Virus record (IMG/VR): IMGVR_UViG_3300020190_000032
Span: 20,316-84,315 of that record
Strand: one strand, 5' to 3'
DNA: 64,000 nucleotides
From: a virus
A program made the translations under genes and the position numbers. The notes under the pieces are model-generated. The model did no database searches. It saw nothing but the letters and a program-made list of their open reading frames with translations, and had not been told where the DNA came from. Below, in pieces: positions 11,201 to 19,747 of the stretch; positions within the stretch are counted from its first letter, which is position 1, and the number at the start of each line of letters is the position of its first letter.

Positions 11201-11475
11201 CATTGGGGGCTCCAAGCTATGGTCCGTATGCAGTGGTTAGAGATAATGGTAATAATACTAATATTACGGACTGGTTTGCAATGTGCGGTTTAGAAGGAAG
11301 ACCAGTTGGAACTGTGATTGGTCTCTTTGTTGATAGATCTGGTTCCATGACACAAAGTACAATTCAAGCATCTTATACTTATTTTTATGAAAGGTGTCAG
11401 CAAGCCGGATTAATTATCAATGAGGTTCAGAATTCAAATGAAGACTGGATAACTCCATTTATTACTGAAATTTAG
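5221..11475 (+). CDS. Giant multidomain tail fibre/adhesin (Mtd-N-like anchor, poly-Gly, C-type-lectin-like domain, Asp-box propeller, VWA-like end)
   Basis: MALQIRR N-terminus; TSPDGIxWT repeats; LFVDRSGSM motif near the C-terminus; 2084 aa. Confidence 0.75.
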   Translation: MALQIRRVTEAQRPLITPVIGEPVYAYDSNKLYVGDGTTPGGINVIETILVQDFLDAELENEDLIHGTFIYYSDAENKWKIGKPIITTSDLEDVTEAEDLEPGFMIVYNSTTEKWVIREQLPKAITDIDGISIEENLAVDSLLEYNEETQNFESKPIPPVPSIGDLLGVEITDPEKRGHMLFLDETTNNFFNEYVLSTTKANYHANLSNLNNLDTIKYNGTSGLFEKSTPFLKDVNLVSLDGLEEPPPDDVTIEVIINDGKFIFDEVRVAPILKLFNDRDYIFDLSDPSLLGKTFRFSTTLDGTHSIDPPGVILESNRFVITGTPGVDGEFRINFTGFGENPPPNDFFYFCVEEPEFGNAVQVTPPPAPKPFVMQWDDTLEAFNAKRFSYTLGEFGNVLITSDEEGNIANYQMLSWDAGLQKWTTPLDRVAGVGIGNSLPRTRTQFSNAMWRGGVQGLGTFDLNLEDGEELKSIKINLDELEIEGQEEEFDAFFFDSEEEREEFMEALEEAERALGPGGILSREAIDAIAKEKGAKVARMKTNKKEYTRTGKSALNRPGLEVVGGGGGGFGGGFGGLSGLALATVAAGGGGGGGGGGGGGGGAGSDEPGLDALTTPVPSPEEEAEAFKDAYKNLGNNLKKVFGALMARRRLLKKLLPDSLAGGGSGGGLELEFETVDPTGASSQDKPPIMMGWRASTDVYGYYYFTYTQRASALTYNSRNHWLLAQSYMRRCACTISRLNTFKVVYYYDADDSRFMAGEWLRIVEWQNPSSLYTGQLDEFTSTTIRDTLEEWDPGTTYRKGSRVIYDDKVWECLIETSTASAPAPGTKPAPLSVSGETVQMFVEIPAFSVKSQLFEGVYQLRCTPGKNTFGGKTHPVFRFGEPGDDADFVYVGVNLQTQSALSVLPEGAGNIQIHVNNKAAHRQNLANQNADIGVFMYDINVHSALQHLMVAEFQTFNIEKRLGECNLAASVLQYSNERSFSLSLGNSSGATPPTTGQNSMPGGIVTYRGIFRPYGNQGYFIDGLNVNAADGAACFNLDGGLHNDGAVQPAGYTFLENLPRPILDANGTGASFISNFYTWRRTDYSDFVFYLPKTLGGGRDALLGDRIKYRNVPNTSTLIVPSTGSPYAPPVNQTLGENGPFNMNLQPAVGSNHVYGVRWCVKRRGAPLTPKTQKVGEKDLGTITDANGNVIATNVEQSAAEPGQTWTKDKTVDVLEVVAGNDIKTGEAGTATASLGRIVASKSAVCIGLCDESSIFQYGSYRYDRWQSFRSEFPNRPHWLLVPSEGNSIYTAPFPHSTLDYGALTNIISPTQFGGSAGVVVAKIPPQGNGSGFVNASWVGGGFIGNTSQPVPDNREILILRFPMGTGTDQSTQWTYHWYYFVDGTTVSNTFVAGLVQTSVFSEQADNKWTSVAWSPGLSRYVAVANLYGSNDVMYSANGKRWTGIFGSFVNAGSHGTVLWASNINKFVSFSGSDSLHGNISTSSKIATSSDGITWVQQSVALSPNAPTLSWYKAITCAAYSPQLGLIVALSPQSGQPGASVLRSTNGVDWIHGSSPNSESLNWSSICWSPEKNLFVAVHDTNSPNFNTPVMTSPDGINWTARSVPNSEANRFKSVVWAKELGLFVAIGIYGTANNDVMTSPDGITWTLRSTNKFLPWKSIAYSSKLQLLVAITDQQNVSGAIITSPDGIVWTTRLNPAPANSWSSVIWNPDREEFLAVASYGVGDRVMTSIDGINWSTQTSVSWPPSGTMGQYIRWDHIVNGVGTQITTGNPPEIQKFNPISKNQKSSLPLTYTLSPGYNPTWTSAGSEFFKANMVWIADPALDDGGERSLKSLEDQEITISYRMRIPSGISSLTQSLKIKGAADNQMTVQVLNPVTNVTYTLLQSTSFANTTEVTIPLIQVEQYFSPQQVHTQGKWLVLMVKLKNLPRPGLPLTELYNVNSSAFALSINATIYGTEYTLFNAKEWASIQHAIYGQGLHNQMGTPTNRMIEAALGAPSYGPYAVVRDNGNNTNITDWFAMCGLEGRPVGTVIGLFVDRSGSMTQSTIQASYTYFYERCQQAGLIINEVQNSNEDWITPFITEI

Positions 11476-11507
11476 GGAGGGAATACTATTTTGACTTAGG
11501 ATTCGCC

Positions 11508-13517
11508 GTGGCACTTCAGTTTCGCAGGGGCACAGAAGAAGAACGGGAGCAAACTACTTTTGTCCCCCTGCTTGGGGAGCCGGTATATACAACTGATACC
11601 AAACGTCTTTATGTCGGAGACGGTAGTACGGCTGGAGGGAATCCTGTTGGCTTTAATAATAAATTAAGTGATTTACAGGATGTAGAATTAATATCGGAAG
11701 TAAGCATTCCTATCTCCGCTATCGCCGCGACCGCTGGCGTTGTATCGATAGTTACTACCTTGCCGCACGGATTAGAGACTGGTCAATTTCTGTATGTTTA
11801 TTCAACGTCTCGCGCAGCAGTTAATGGCGTAAGACAGATAACGGTTACCGGAATCACCTCGTTAACATTTCAAGCTGCTACACCAGATTTTCCAAGTACA
11901 AATGACGCAGGCGCCGTAAAATACGAACCACAAGATAAAGCGATACTTGCTTGGGATCAAGCAACTGGAAAATGGGGTGAGCAGGTTTATGTTTATAAGC
12001 TTGAAGATTTGGGTGATGTTCGAATTACAAATCCCCAACAAAATCATATTATTCAATACACAGCAATTCCTGTTGGGAACATAACAGACGAAGAAGATCA
12101 GATTGTTGAATCTGGTGTTGAAGAGCCGGATAATATTCCAGAAGGGTTGACATGGACTCAAACAGGAACAATCTCAAAATTCTTAAATAAGCAATTTGGT
12201 ATTGGGATTGACAATTTAACTGATGTACTTATAAACCAATCTACTCTTTCGGATAACCAAATTCTTGCCTATGATTCTACGCTAACAATATGGAAGAACC
12301 AAGATTATGTGAATGATATCAACGATCTTGCCGATGTAGATTTAACAGCGTTACCTGATCTAACACAAAATCTTGCAAGAATTTACATTGGAGGATCTTT
12401 TGCTAAAAATGACAAAGTTAATGTTCAGATTACTGGAACCTTGTACACTTATACAGTTACTCAGCAAGATATAAACAATATTGAGGAAACCACCAGCACA
12501 GATGCGCAGTTTGATGCAGAGATGTTGCTGCTGATTGCTGGTCGGATTCGTGATCAAATAAATGCTGACGAAGATTGTCCTGTCGTTGCGACTAGGTCAA
12601 ATGGTGTAATCACGTTAACTCCAAAAACAGCTCCAGTAAATCTAAATTTAACAGTAAGTATTGATGAAGCAGATCCAACGGATGCTTTTGTTCCCACAAT
12701 AACCAAATTTGAACCAATAACTTCTCAAGTTTTATCATATGATGGAACAAAGTGGACTAACAAAGCTCTTGAAATAAATAATTTCAGTCTTAATGCTTTA
12801 AATGATGTTGATATTGATAATCCTGAGAATGGTCAGATCCTGCAATATAACTCTACTAGTTCTACATGGAAAAACGTAGCGAACTTTATCAGCTTAAGTC
12901 AATTTGCGGATGTAGAAATAATTGATCCGGAGAATGGTAATGCACTTATTTATAATGATACAAACGATAAGTTTGAAACAAGGTCTTTTATACTTGATGA
13001 CCTAATAGATGTTAACGACCCAAGCTTTACAGAAATTATACCTGATGGCGCCATTCTGGCGTATGACGAAGCAGCGGAAGCCTGGACACCTCAACAGTTT
13101 TCAAGTTTGTCTTCCAGGACTGAAGTAAGTTTTTATAGTGGCCCACTTGAAAACCTTGAAGTAACAACTGTAGATTTTGAAGCGTTTACTGGGTACGCTT
13201 TATTCAAGATGAAAGCTTCAGCCCCGTGTACCGTTACGTTCTATGTAAGTGACTATGAGCGCGAATTTGACCTTGATAGAGCTGAAGATGAACTGCCAAG
13301 AGTTGGGGCTGGAATTTTTGCTGAACTTACTCCAACTGACACATCTTGGAGGAGAGTAGCGCCTGTGATTTATGGTTTTAATGATGATGTACCGATCACA
13401 AGGACTGCATATGCTAAGGTAAGAAATAGAAGTGGTTATTACCAGCAAAATATACAAATTTCATTGGTGATACTTCAAATTGAAGAAGATCCCGAGCAGG
13501 CTGGCGAGGGAGACTAG
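11508..13517 (+). CDS. Tail fibre protein with Mtd-N-like anchor and L-x-D-L-x-D-V repeats
   Basis: MALQFRRGT...GEPVYTTDTKRLYVGDG; repeated LxDLxDV..IL.YD....W.N units. Confidence 0.75.
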   Translation: MALQFRRGTEEEREQTTFVPLLGEPVYTTDTKRLYVGDGSTAGGNPVGFNNKLSDLQDVELISEVSIPISAIAATAGVVSIVTTLPHGLETGQFLYVYSTSRAAVNGVRQITVTGITSLTFQAATPDFPSTNDAGAVKYEPQDKAILAWDQATGKWGEQVYVYKLEDLGDVRITNPQQNHIIQYTAIPVGNITDEEDQIVESGVEEPDNIPEGLTWTQTGTISKFLNKQFGIGIDNLTDVLINQSTLSDNQILAYDSTLTIWKNQDYVNDINDLADVDLTALPDLTQNLARIYIGGSFAKNDKVNVQITGTLYTYTVTQQDINNIEETTSTDAQFDAEMLLLIAGRIRDQINADEDCPVVATRSNGVITLTPKTAPVNLNLTVSIDEADPTDAFVPTITKFEPITSQVLSYDGTKWTNKALEINNFSLNALNDVDIDNPENGQILQYNSTSSTWKNVANFISLSQFADVEIIDPENGNALIYNDTNDKFETRSFILDDLIDVNDPSFTEIIPDGAILAYDEAAEAWTPQQFSSLSSRTEVSFYSGPLENLEVTTVDFEAFTGYALFKMKASAPCTVTFYVSDYEREFDLDRAEDELPRVGAGIFAELTPTDTSWRRVAPVIYGFNDDVPITRTAYAKVRNRSGYYQQNIQISLVILQIEEDPEQAGEGD

Positions 13518-13578
13518 ACGCCTTAACAATAGGTATCCTACGTCGCACTAAACAAGGAGCAGTGATTGCTCTTTTTAT

Positions 13579-14307
13579 ATGAACGAAGAACTGAATCAGG
13601 CGACCGAGATGGAAGCCACGCAGGTTCCGGAAACAACTGTTGAAGAGACAGGGGTTGAAGAAAAAGAGGATATTCAAAATCTTCTTAAGGCATTAAAATC
13701 CGAAAGAGAAGCTCGTAAGACTTATGAGCGTCAAATTAAAGAGAAGGAAAAACAGTTAGAAAAGTTTAAAGAGTTTAATCCGGAAGAGTATCGCAAACTT
13801 CAGGCCGATGCCGCTCGCGCTGCGGAAATTGAATCGCGTTATGGCGAATCAATCCGTGCCATTGAAGAAAAATACGGCCGCCAAGCGGCAGAAGCAGAGC
13901 AAAGAGCGAAAGAGCTTGAATCAAAGAACCGAGAGTTCATTAAACGGTATGCATTAGAGAAAGTATTTAATTCCGCTGGTGGTAGAACTGATTCCGCTGA
14001 CGGTATTTCTTTCTTTGATATGTTTGCCAGTCAACTGAGCTCTCGTTTTCGGCAGGAACCTGACGGCAGTCTGACGCCACTTGACTCACAGGGGGACCCA
14101 ATCCTTGATACCGAGACAGGTAAGCGTTTGACGCCTGAAGAGTTTGTTGCGCAGTTTAAGTCTCATCCTGTTTATGGTACATTTTTTAAGGGTGTCAAAG
14201 GTTCTGGAGCTGGCTTGAATTATGGTGGCACTGATGCCAATGGTCAACCAATTGAGGATCTTTCGTCTTTATCTCGGGACGAATTATTCTTGAAAGCCTT
14301 TGGCTGA
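13579..14307 (+). CDS. Capsid scaffolding protein
   Basis: Coiled-coil ALKSEREARK, acidic N-terminus, GSGAG near the C-terminus, directly upstream of the capsid gene. Confidence 0.8.
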   Translation: MNEELNQATEMEATQVPETTVEETGVEEKEDIQNLLKALKSEREARKTYERQIKEKEKQLEKFKEFNPEEYRKLQADAARAAEIESRYGESIRAIEEKYGRQAAEAEQRAKELESKNREFIKRYALEKVFNSAGGRTDSADGISFFDMFASQLSSRFRQEPDGSLTPLDSQGDPILDTETGKRLTPEEFVAQFKSHPVYGTFFKGVKGSGAGLNYGGTDANGQPIEDLSSLSRDELFLKAFG

Positions 14308-14312
14308 AGCGG

Positions 14313-14334
14313 AAGCCCCGAAAGGGGCTTTTTT
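14313..14334 (+). terminator. Intrinsic terminator after scaffold
   Basis: AAGCCCC-GAAA-GGGGCTT plus T-tract. Confidence 0.85.
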
Positions 14335-14488
14335 ATTGGGAAGAATAAATATTTTTGGAACTATATGATAGAAAGCACCCGGTTTTGGCTGGCCGAGATG
14401 GTTGGGCAGGCAGGGTGTTCCGATGTTGGGGCGTGAGGCCCTAAGCAACGTTTCACCTTTCCTTGTTCACATCTAAAGGAGTCTTAAA

Positions 14489-15391
14489 ATGGGCCTTAGT
14501 TTATCTGAAGCCAAAAAGCATGCTTCTAATCCCCAGGAGCTTGCCGTTATTTCTGAACTCTCCGCTGGTCCCCTGCTGAGCGTTCTGCCTTTCCGTGAGA
14601 TCCAGGGCAATGGCCTGTTCTGGAAGCGTGAAGAGTCCCTCGGTGACGTGGGTTTCCGTAACTATAATGCTAGCTACGGTGAAGCCTATGCTGAGGTGAG
14701 CCAGCAGTCTGAAAGCCTCCGTCTGTTCGGTGGCGACATCAAGATTGACCGTGCCATCCTGGACCTCGAGGGTTCTGAATCCCGCGCTTATCAGGTGCAG
14801 GCTAAGACCCGCGCAATGCGTCTTTCCTGGGAGTCGCTGTTCATCAACGGCGATTCGGATCAGTCCCCCAGCGAATTTGACGGCCTGGCTACTCGCCTGC
14901 CGGCTAGTGCCTATGCATCTAACAGCCAAGTGATCCGTAACGCAGCTTCCGCTGCTGCCCTGGACCTGAACGCTCTGGACGAAGCTATTGACGCTGTGGA
15001 CGCACAAGGCGGCACCAAGTATCTGGTGATGTCCAAGTCTGCTCGTCGTCACCTGACCAAGCAGGCTCGCACTTCTTCCCAGATTGATATCGCTCGCAAC
15101 GAGTTCGGCTACCAGCAAATGGTGTATGCCGGCCTGCCCGTGATTGAGCTGGATCGCGACCACCAGAATGCTCCCATCCTGGACGGCACCCCCGCTGATC
15201 AGTCGATCTATGTGGTGACCTTCGGCGGCGACCTGCTGACCGGTATCCAGAACGGTGGCATTCAGGTGCGTGACCTGGGTGAGTCCACTGCTTCTCCTCA
15301 GGTGGTGATCCGCGTTGAGTGGTACTGCGGTCTGGCCATGATCAATGGTCGCTCGGCTGCTCGCCTGTGCAACGTGAACGCTACTGCCTGA
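14489..15391 (+). CDS. Major capsid protein (HK97-fold)
   Basis: 300 aa; LLSVLPFREIQGN, FINGD...EFDGL, IRVEWYCGLA; strong SD AAGGAG; strongly C-ending codon bias; flanked by terminators. Confidence 0.9.
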   Translation: MGLSLSEAKKHASNPQELAVISELSAGPLLSVLPFREIQGNGLFWKREESLGDVGFRNYNASYGEAYAEVSQQSESLRLFGGDIKIDRAILDLEGSESRAYQVQAKTRAMRLSWESLFINGDSDQSPSEFDGLATRLPASAYASNSQVIRNAASAAALDLNALDEAIDAVDAQGGTKYLVMSKSARRHLTKQARTSSQIDIARNEFGYQQMVYAGLPVIELDRDHQNAPILDGTPADQSIYVVTFGGDLLTGIQNGGIQVRDLGESTASPQVVIRVEWYCGLAMINGRSAARLCNVNATA

Positions 15392-15419
15392 TCTTGATAG
15401 ACTGGTAAGTGTGGGGAAT

Positions 15420-15443
15420 GAGGGGCTTCGGCCCCTCTTTTTT
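15420..15443 (+). terminator. Intrinsic terminator after major capsid gene
   Basis: GAGGGGC-TTCG-GCCCCTC plus T6. Confidence 0.9.
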
Positions 15444-15523
15444 GCCTTTTAGGAAACATACTTTAGAACCACCAGCGCTTGTTCCTGATCTGCGCGTTGG
15501 TTTTTCCGTCGTTTTTATTAATT

Positions 15524-15874
15524 ATGGCACGTCGTTCTACTGGTATTTTCCCCCGCGAAAAATTTGATCTTGACGCAAATCTGGCTGTTACCACCAGCGA
15601 TGCTAATCTGGGTGTGACCCTGAAGTACATCAAGACCATCCGCGTGATTCTCGTTAATAGCGCAATCACAGGCAACGCTACCGTCACCTTCAACATTGGC
15701 GGCCGCGATGTTGTATTTGGTGCTAATGATCTGGATCTGAATGGTGTTGGTATTGCTCACGTCCGTGGCGCCCTGTGCGACGCTGACAACCTGGTGAAGT
15801 ACACCATTGCTGCTGGCACCGGCACCGCTACTGTTGGCGGCGCTTTCCTCGACGTGGTCGAGAACGTCGGCTGA
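15524..15874 (+). CDS. Putative capsid decoration/minor capsid protein
   Basis: Follows the capsid gene with the same high-expression codon bias; small beta-rich protein; ATG 15524 preferred to TTG 15479. Confidence 0.6.
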   Translation: MARRSTGIFPREKFDLDANLAVTTSDANLGVTLKYIKTIRVILVNSAITGNATVTFNIGGRDVVFGANDLDLNGVGIAHVRGALCDADNLVKYTIAAGTGTATVGGAFLDVVENVG

Positions 15875-15895
15875 TTTTTCCTCAAACGGAATAAT

Positions 15896-15921
15896 AAGGG
15901 TGACTTTTGTCGCCCTTTTTT
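15896..15921 (+). terminator. Intrinsic terminator
   Basis: AAGGGTGAC-TTTT-GTCGCCCTT plus T-tract. Confidence 0.75.
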
Positions 15922-15927
15922 ATTGCC

Positions 15928-16167
15928 ATGCATTTACCCAAACTGCCTACCATCTTTACAAAAGACGGGGAACAACGTAAGGTTTATCACACTGTTGAAG
16001 CCCGTGAATTATCTGCTGCTGGTTGGGTAGAGGTTGCCGCCCAGAAACCTGCTGACGCAGAAGTTACAAAACCATCAGAAGAGAAGGAGACAGTAGAGGA
16101 GAAGCCAAAAGCAGTCAAGCCTAAAACTGTGGCACTCAAAGAGACTGAAATCGAGGAGTTTAAGTGA
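15928..16167 (+). CDS. Hypothetical head-region protein
   Basis: ORF 15907..16167, ATG at 15928; Glu/Lys-rich tail. Confidence 0.55.
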   Translation: MHLPKLPTIFTKDGEQRKVYHTVEARELSAAGWVEVAAQKPADAEVTKPSEEKETVEEKPKAVKPKTVALKETEIEEFK

Positions 16168-16346
16168 ACGAGCCCGAATATTTAACAGGCCCGAGATATA
16201 TTGAAGGCGTTAATTTAGACGCCGATATTATTGCGTCTCAGCCTGTTATTCATAAAAGGCAAGTAACTGATCCCGTGAACGATGGCAGTCTTGGTAAGCC
16301 TGCATACGCTCCGGGATCCACGAACAAAGATGGATCACCTTTTTAG
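16164..16346 (+). CDS. Hypothetical protein
   Basis: GTGA overlap with the previous gene; 60 aa. Confidence 0.5.
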   Translation: MNEPEYLTGPRYIEGVNLDADIIASQPVIHKRQVTDPVNDGSLGKPAYAPGSTNKDGSPF

Positions 16347-16348
16347 TC

Positions 16349-16477
16349 ATGCCATTTAAATCGGCAAAACAAAAAAGATTTTTATATGCTTTTGAGCCAG
16401 AAGTGGCTAAAAAGTTTCAACGTGAAGAAGATAAAGTAAAGGCAAAGCGGAAGACTAAGAAAAAGGGGAAGAAGTAA
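16349..16477 (+). CDS. Small basic protein MPFKSAKQKRFLYAFEPEVAKK (42 aa, not in ORF track)
   Basis: Translated by hand; resembles a widespread small phage protein; TAATG-coupled to the next gene. Confidence 0.65.
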   Translation: MPFKSAKQKRFLYAFEPEVAKKFQREEDKVKAKRKTKKKGKK

Positions 16478-16629
16478 TGGCTTTACCGCTATCTACGGCC
16501 AAGCAAGTATCGCGGAAGAAGTCTTCCTGTAAGGTCATTAGTGAGTATTCGTCTAAAGCTTCACCTAAAAGGACTAAGCCTTTTAATGGTGCTACTGATC
16601 GCTTTCGGCCTGCCAATAGGAAGAAGTAA
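16477..16629 (+). CDS. Small basic protein (50 aa, not in ORF track)
   Basis: TAATG overlaps at both ends; Lys/Arg/Ser-rich. Confidence 0.55.
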   Translation: MALPLSTAKQVSRKKSSCKVISEYSSKASPKRTKPFNGATDRFRPANRKK

Positions 16630-16928
16630 TGGCACAGAAGAAAAGATCTACCGCCGATTTTTACGCAAAAAATCCTGAGGCATATAAAAAGAAACTCGCC
16701 TACGACAAAAAACGTAACTCGAGCCCAGATCGCAAGGAATACCGGGCTGAACTGGCTCGTGAGCGACGTGCTAGAGGGATCATGGGCAAGGGCGGAAAAG
16801 ATGTCAGTCACGCTGCTGGAGGCGGGTTTAAACTTGAGGAACCGAGCAAAAACCGGGCTAGAAACGGACATGGCAACAATGGCAGACTTGCGCCGGGCAA
16901 GGGTAGCAGGAAATCCACCAAGAAGTAA
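16629..16928 (+). CDS. Basic protein with degenerate HNH-like motif
   Basis: GKDVSH...KNRARNG pattern of small phage HNH-like proteins. Confidence 0.6.
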   Translation: MAQKKRSTADFYAKNPEAYKKKLAYDKKRNSSPDRKEYRAELARERRARGIMGKGGKDVSHAAGGGFKLEEPSKNRARNGHGNNGRLAPGKGSRKSTKK

Positions 16929-16962
16929 AGGGGCGGAATACTAGTTCAGCTCTTAAACGGAA

Positions 16963-18492
16963 ATGCCGATTCCGGCCAATCGTGCGAAGATACAGCTTGC
17001 GCGAGGCAATTACAACAATCTACTTGCCAATGTAGGTGAGTTTGCCGAAGGCGAGCTTTCTTATGCAAAAGATGAAAATCTTTTATATATTAAAGAAGAA
17101 GGTCAATTAATCCGCCTCGAGTATGTTACTCGGGCCGATCTTGATCAGGCTGTAGAAGATTCTATTGATCTTGAGGTATATGGTGGCGATGGTCTTTTAA
17201 CCGTTAATGGTGGCGAAGGATCTTCCCCTACCACTACGTTATCTGTTGATGAAGTCTGGTTAAGAGATAAGGTTGGGATTACTGATTCAAAGGAACCTGC
17301 TGGATTTGTCGATAAGACAACGACGGTTATTGCCTATCGCCCTGTTGAGCAGCAATTTTGGCTTTATCCTACGGGAGCATCTGCGGCTGTATGGTGTCAA
17401 GGAGTAAAGCATACTTTTACGACATACAAGTCGGTTGCGGAACCAACGACAAGCGGTATTTATTATATTTATCTTGACAGTAGCGCTAATTTACAAATTA
17501 AATCAACTGAATTTAATTACAAACTAGACACTCCCGTTTGCCAGATTTACTGGAACGAGACGCTGGGTGCTCCACAATTGCTTGTTGATCACAGGCATGG
17601 AATTGCGATGAATTGGGCAACCCAGGAATTCCTGGAGTTAGCCACCAGTGCTGCTGTTAAGACAGGATTTACTATTTCTGGTATTACCAATAATCCAAAT
17701 GGTAATACCGACAGTCATGCAAAGTTTGCACTGACGGGTGGGACGGCACTGTTCCAAGACGTAAAGATTGAAGTTGATCATAGCGCAACACCTGCTCCGA
17801 ATGTTGCGTCAAATTTATTTCAGCAGATATTAAATCCAGTAGCAAAGTTACCTGTTTTTCATCAAGATGGATCGGAATGGAAGTATTCTACGCCTTCTGA
17901 TTATGCGTTTGTTGTTGAAACGGGAGTTCCTGTTTACAATAACTTTAATGTAACTTGGCAGAAACAGCAAGTAGGAAATGGTAAATACTTTATTTCTTAT
18001 ATTGCAGCGACTGGCAATACTGAATATCCCGCTGTAGCATTTTCTGGCCAGCAGCAATATAACGATTTAAGCGCTGCGGAAGCTGCTGTCTTTGGTGATT
18101 TAGATTTAAATGGTCTTGAGGTAATACCGATCAGAATATTATATAAAATTATTTATAAATACAGCACAGCTTATACGAGTACAGTTAAAGTTACAATTGA
18201 AGGATATCAAGACCTTAGATCATCTGGCGTCAACGGAGCAACTGCTGGAGTTACGGATCACGGTAGATTAGGTGGTCTTTTAGACGATGACCACAGCCAA
18301 TATGTTCATGTATCTATTGATAGAGTCATTAGCGCTGATCATAGTCATTCTGGCACAATTGACATTACAAATGAAACTCAAAGTACAAGTGCAGAGACTG
18401 GTGCCTTGCGGATTGCCGGTGGCGTAGGAATATCCGGTAATCTTAATGTTGCCGGTGATATTGGTGCTACTTTAGACGGCGGAAATTTTTGA
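16963..18492 (+). CDS. Fibre/virion protein with Mtd-N-like anchor, ending LDGGNF
   Basis: KIQLARG...EGELSYAKDENLLYI; DHGRLGGLLDDDHSQY; TGALRIAGGVGISGNLNV. Confidence 0.7.
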   Translation: MPIPANRAKIQLARGNYNNLLANVGEFAEGELSYAKDENLLYIKEEGQLIRLEYVTRADLDQAVEDSIDLEVYGGDGLLTVNGGEGSSPTTTLSVDEVWLRDKVGITDSKEPAGFVDKTTTVIAYRPVEQQFWLYPTGASAAVWCQGVKHTFTTYKSVAEPTTSGIYYIYLDSSANLQIKSTEFNYKLDTPVCQIYWNETLGAPQLLVDHRHGIAMNWATQEFLELATSAAVKTGFTISGITNNPNGNTDSHAKFALTGGTALFQDVKIEVDHSATPAPNVASNLFQQILNPVAKLPVFHQDGSEWKYSTPSDYAFVVETGVPVYNNFNVTWQKQQVGNGKYFISYIAATGNTEYPAVAFSGQQQYNDLSAAEAAVFGDLDLNGLEVIPIRILYKIIYKYSTAYTSTVKVTIEGYQDLRSSGVNGATAGVTDHGRLGGLLDDDHSQYVHVSIDRVISADHSHSGTIDITNETQSTSAETGALRIAGGVGISGNLNVAGDIGATLDGGNF

Positions 18493-18529
18493 TAGTAGGA
18501 ATGATATAATGACTGCTTAAGTTTTTAAA

Positions 18530-19681
18530 ATGGCTAGTGCCATCAGGATCAAGCGGAGAGACGCCAGTGGTGCCGCTGGAGCACCCGCAAATCTGCTTCA
18601 TGCCGAGTTGGCATTTAACGAAGCTGATAAAACACTTTATTATGGTTTTGGGTCTGGGGTCGGGAGCAACTCCAGTTCAATTATTTCAATAGCCGGCGAG
18701 GGTGCGTTTTTTTCCAAGAGTATTGTTCAGCAGGCTAATAAAGTTTTAGCAGGCCCTGCAAGTGGTGCAGATGCTGCGCCGACGTTTAGGACGCTTGTTG
18801 CTGATGATATCCCGTCGCTGACAGCATCAAAAATCAGCGATTTTGACACTCAGGTCAGAACAAATCGACTTGATCAGATGGCGGCTCCGACCGCCTCTGT
18901 TGCGTTTAACGCCCAAAAGATCACAGGTCTTGCGGATCCTACTGACGATCAAGATGCTGCAACAAAAGCATACGTTGATGCTGCCCGCAGTGGTCTTGAC
19001 GTAAAAGCAAGTGTCCGTGCTGCTACTATTGGCAATATCACTCTGTCTGGCACGCAGACAATTGACGGCGTTGCATTAGTTGCTGGCAACCGAGTCCTCG
19101 TCAAAAACCAATCTATTGCTGCCGACAACGGCATTTACGTTGTCGCATCGGGTTCTTGGTCTCGTTCCGATGATGCTAACAGTGATGTCGAGGTTACACC
19201 CGGCATGTTTACCTTCGTAGAAGAAGGTACTGCAAATGCTGATTCCGGCTGGGTTCTTACTAATAATGCGACCGTAAATCTTGGTCTTACCGGTCTAGCT
19301 TTTTCCCAGTTCTCCGGTGCTGGACAAATTACTGCTGGTGCCGGTCTTACCAAGACTGGCAATACTATTGATGTCGGCGGTACTACCAACCGAATCACAG
19401 TAAATGCTGATTCGATCGATATTGCTTCGACTTACGTCGGCCAGAGTTCAATTACAACACTTGGCACCGTAACCAGTGGCACATGGAACGGTACTACTAT
19501 TGGTGTTGCCTATGGTGGAACTGGTTTGACTTCCGCAACTAAAGGTTCTGTCCTGGTTGCAAATGCTGCTAATACCTTAAGCGCTTTGGATGGTGGTGGG
19601 GTCAATGATGGATTGCTTTTTTATACCGCAAGTTCAGACACAATCTCCTGGACTAACGAAATCGATGGCGGCACATACTAG
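18530..19681 (+). CDS. Fibre protein (head/tail fibre shaft), ending IDGGTY
   Basis: IRIKRR anchor; DAATKAYVD...VKASVRAAT...NRVLVKNQ conserved phage fibre block. Confidence 0.75.
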   Translation: MASAIRIKRRDASGAAGAPANLLHAELAFNEADKTLYYGFGSGVGSNSSSIISIAGEGAFFSKSIVQQANKVLAGPASGADAAPTFRTLVADDIPSLTASKISDFDTQVRTNRLDQMAAPTASVAFNAQKITGLADPTDDQDAATKAYVDAARSGLDVKASVRAATIGNITLSGTQTIDGVALVAGNRVLVKNQSIAADNGIYVVASGSWSRSDDANSDVEVTPGMFTFVEEGTANADSGWVLTNNATVNLGLTGLAFSQFSGAGQITAGAGLTKTGNTIDVGGTTNRITVNADSIDIASTYVGQSSITTLGTVTSGTWNGTTIGVAYGGTGLTSATKGSVLVANAANTLSALDGGGVNDGLLFYTASSDTISWTNEIDGGTY

Positions 19682-19747
19682 GTAGGAACCCTAGGACGCC
19701 ATTAGATAATGGCTCTATAGGGCTTTATAGCCGCCGGAGAATGCCAC

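Noticed and set aside
14501-15163. 220-aa antisense ORF over the capsid gene
   Set aside because: Shadow frame produced by the strong codon bias of the capsid gene; no motifs
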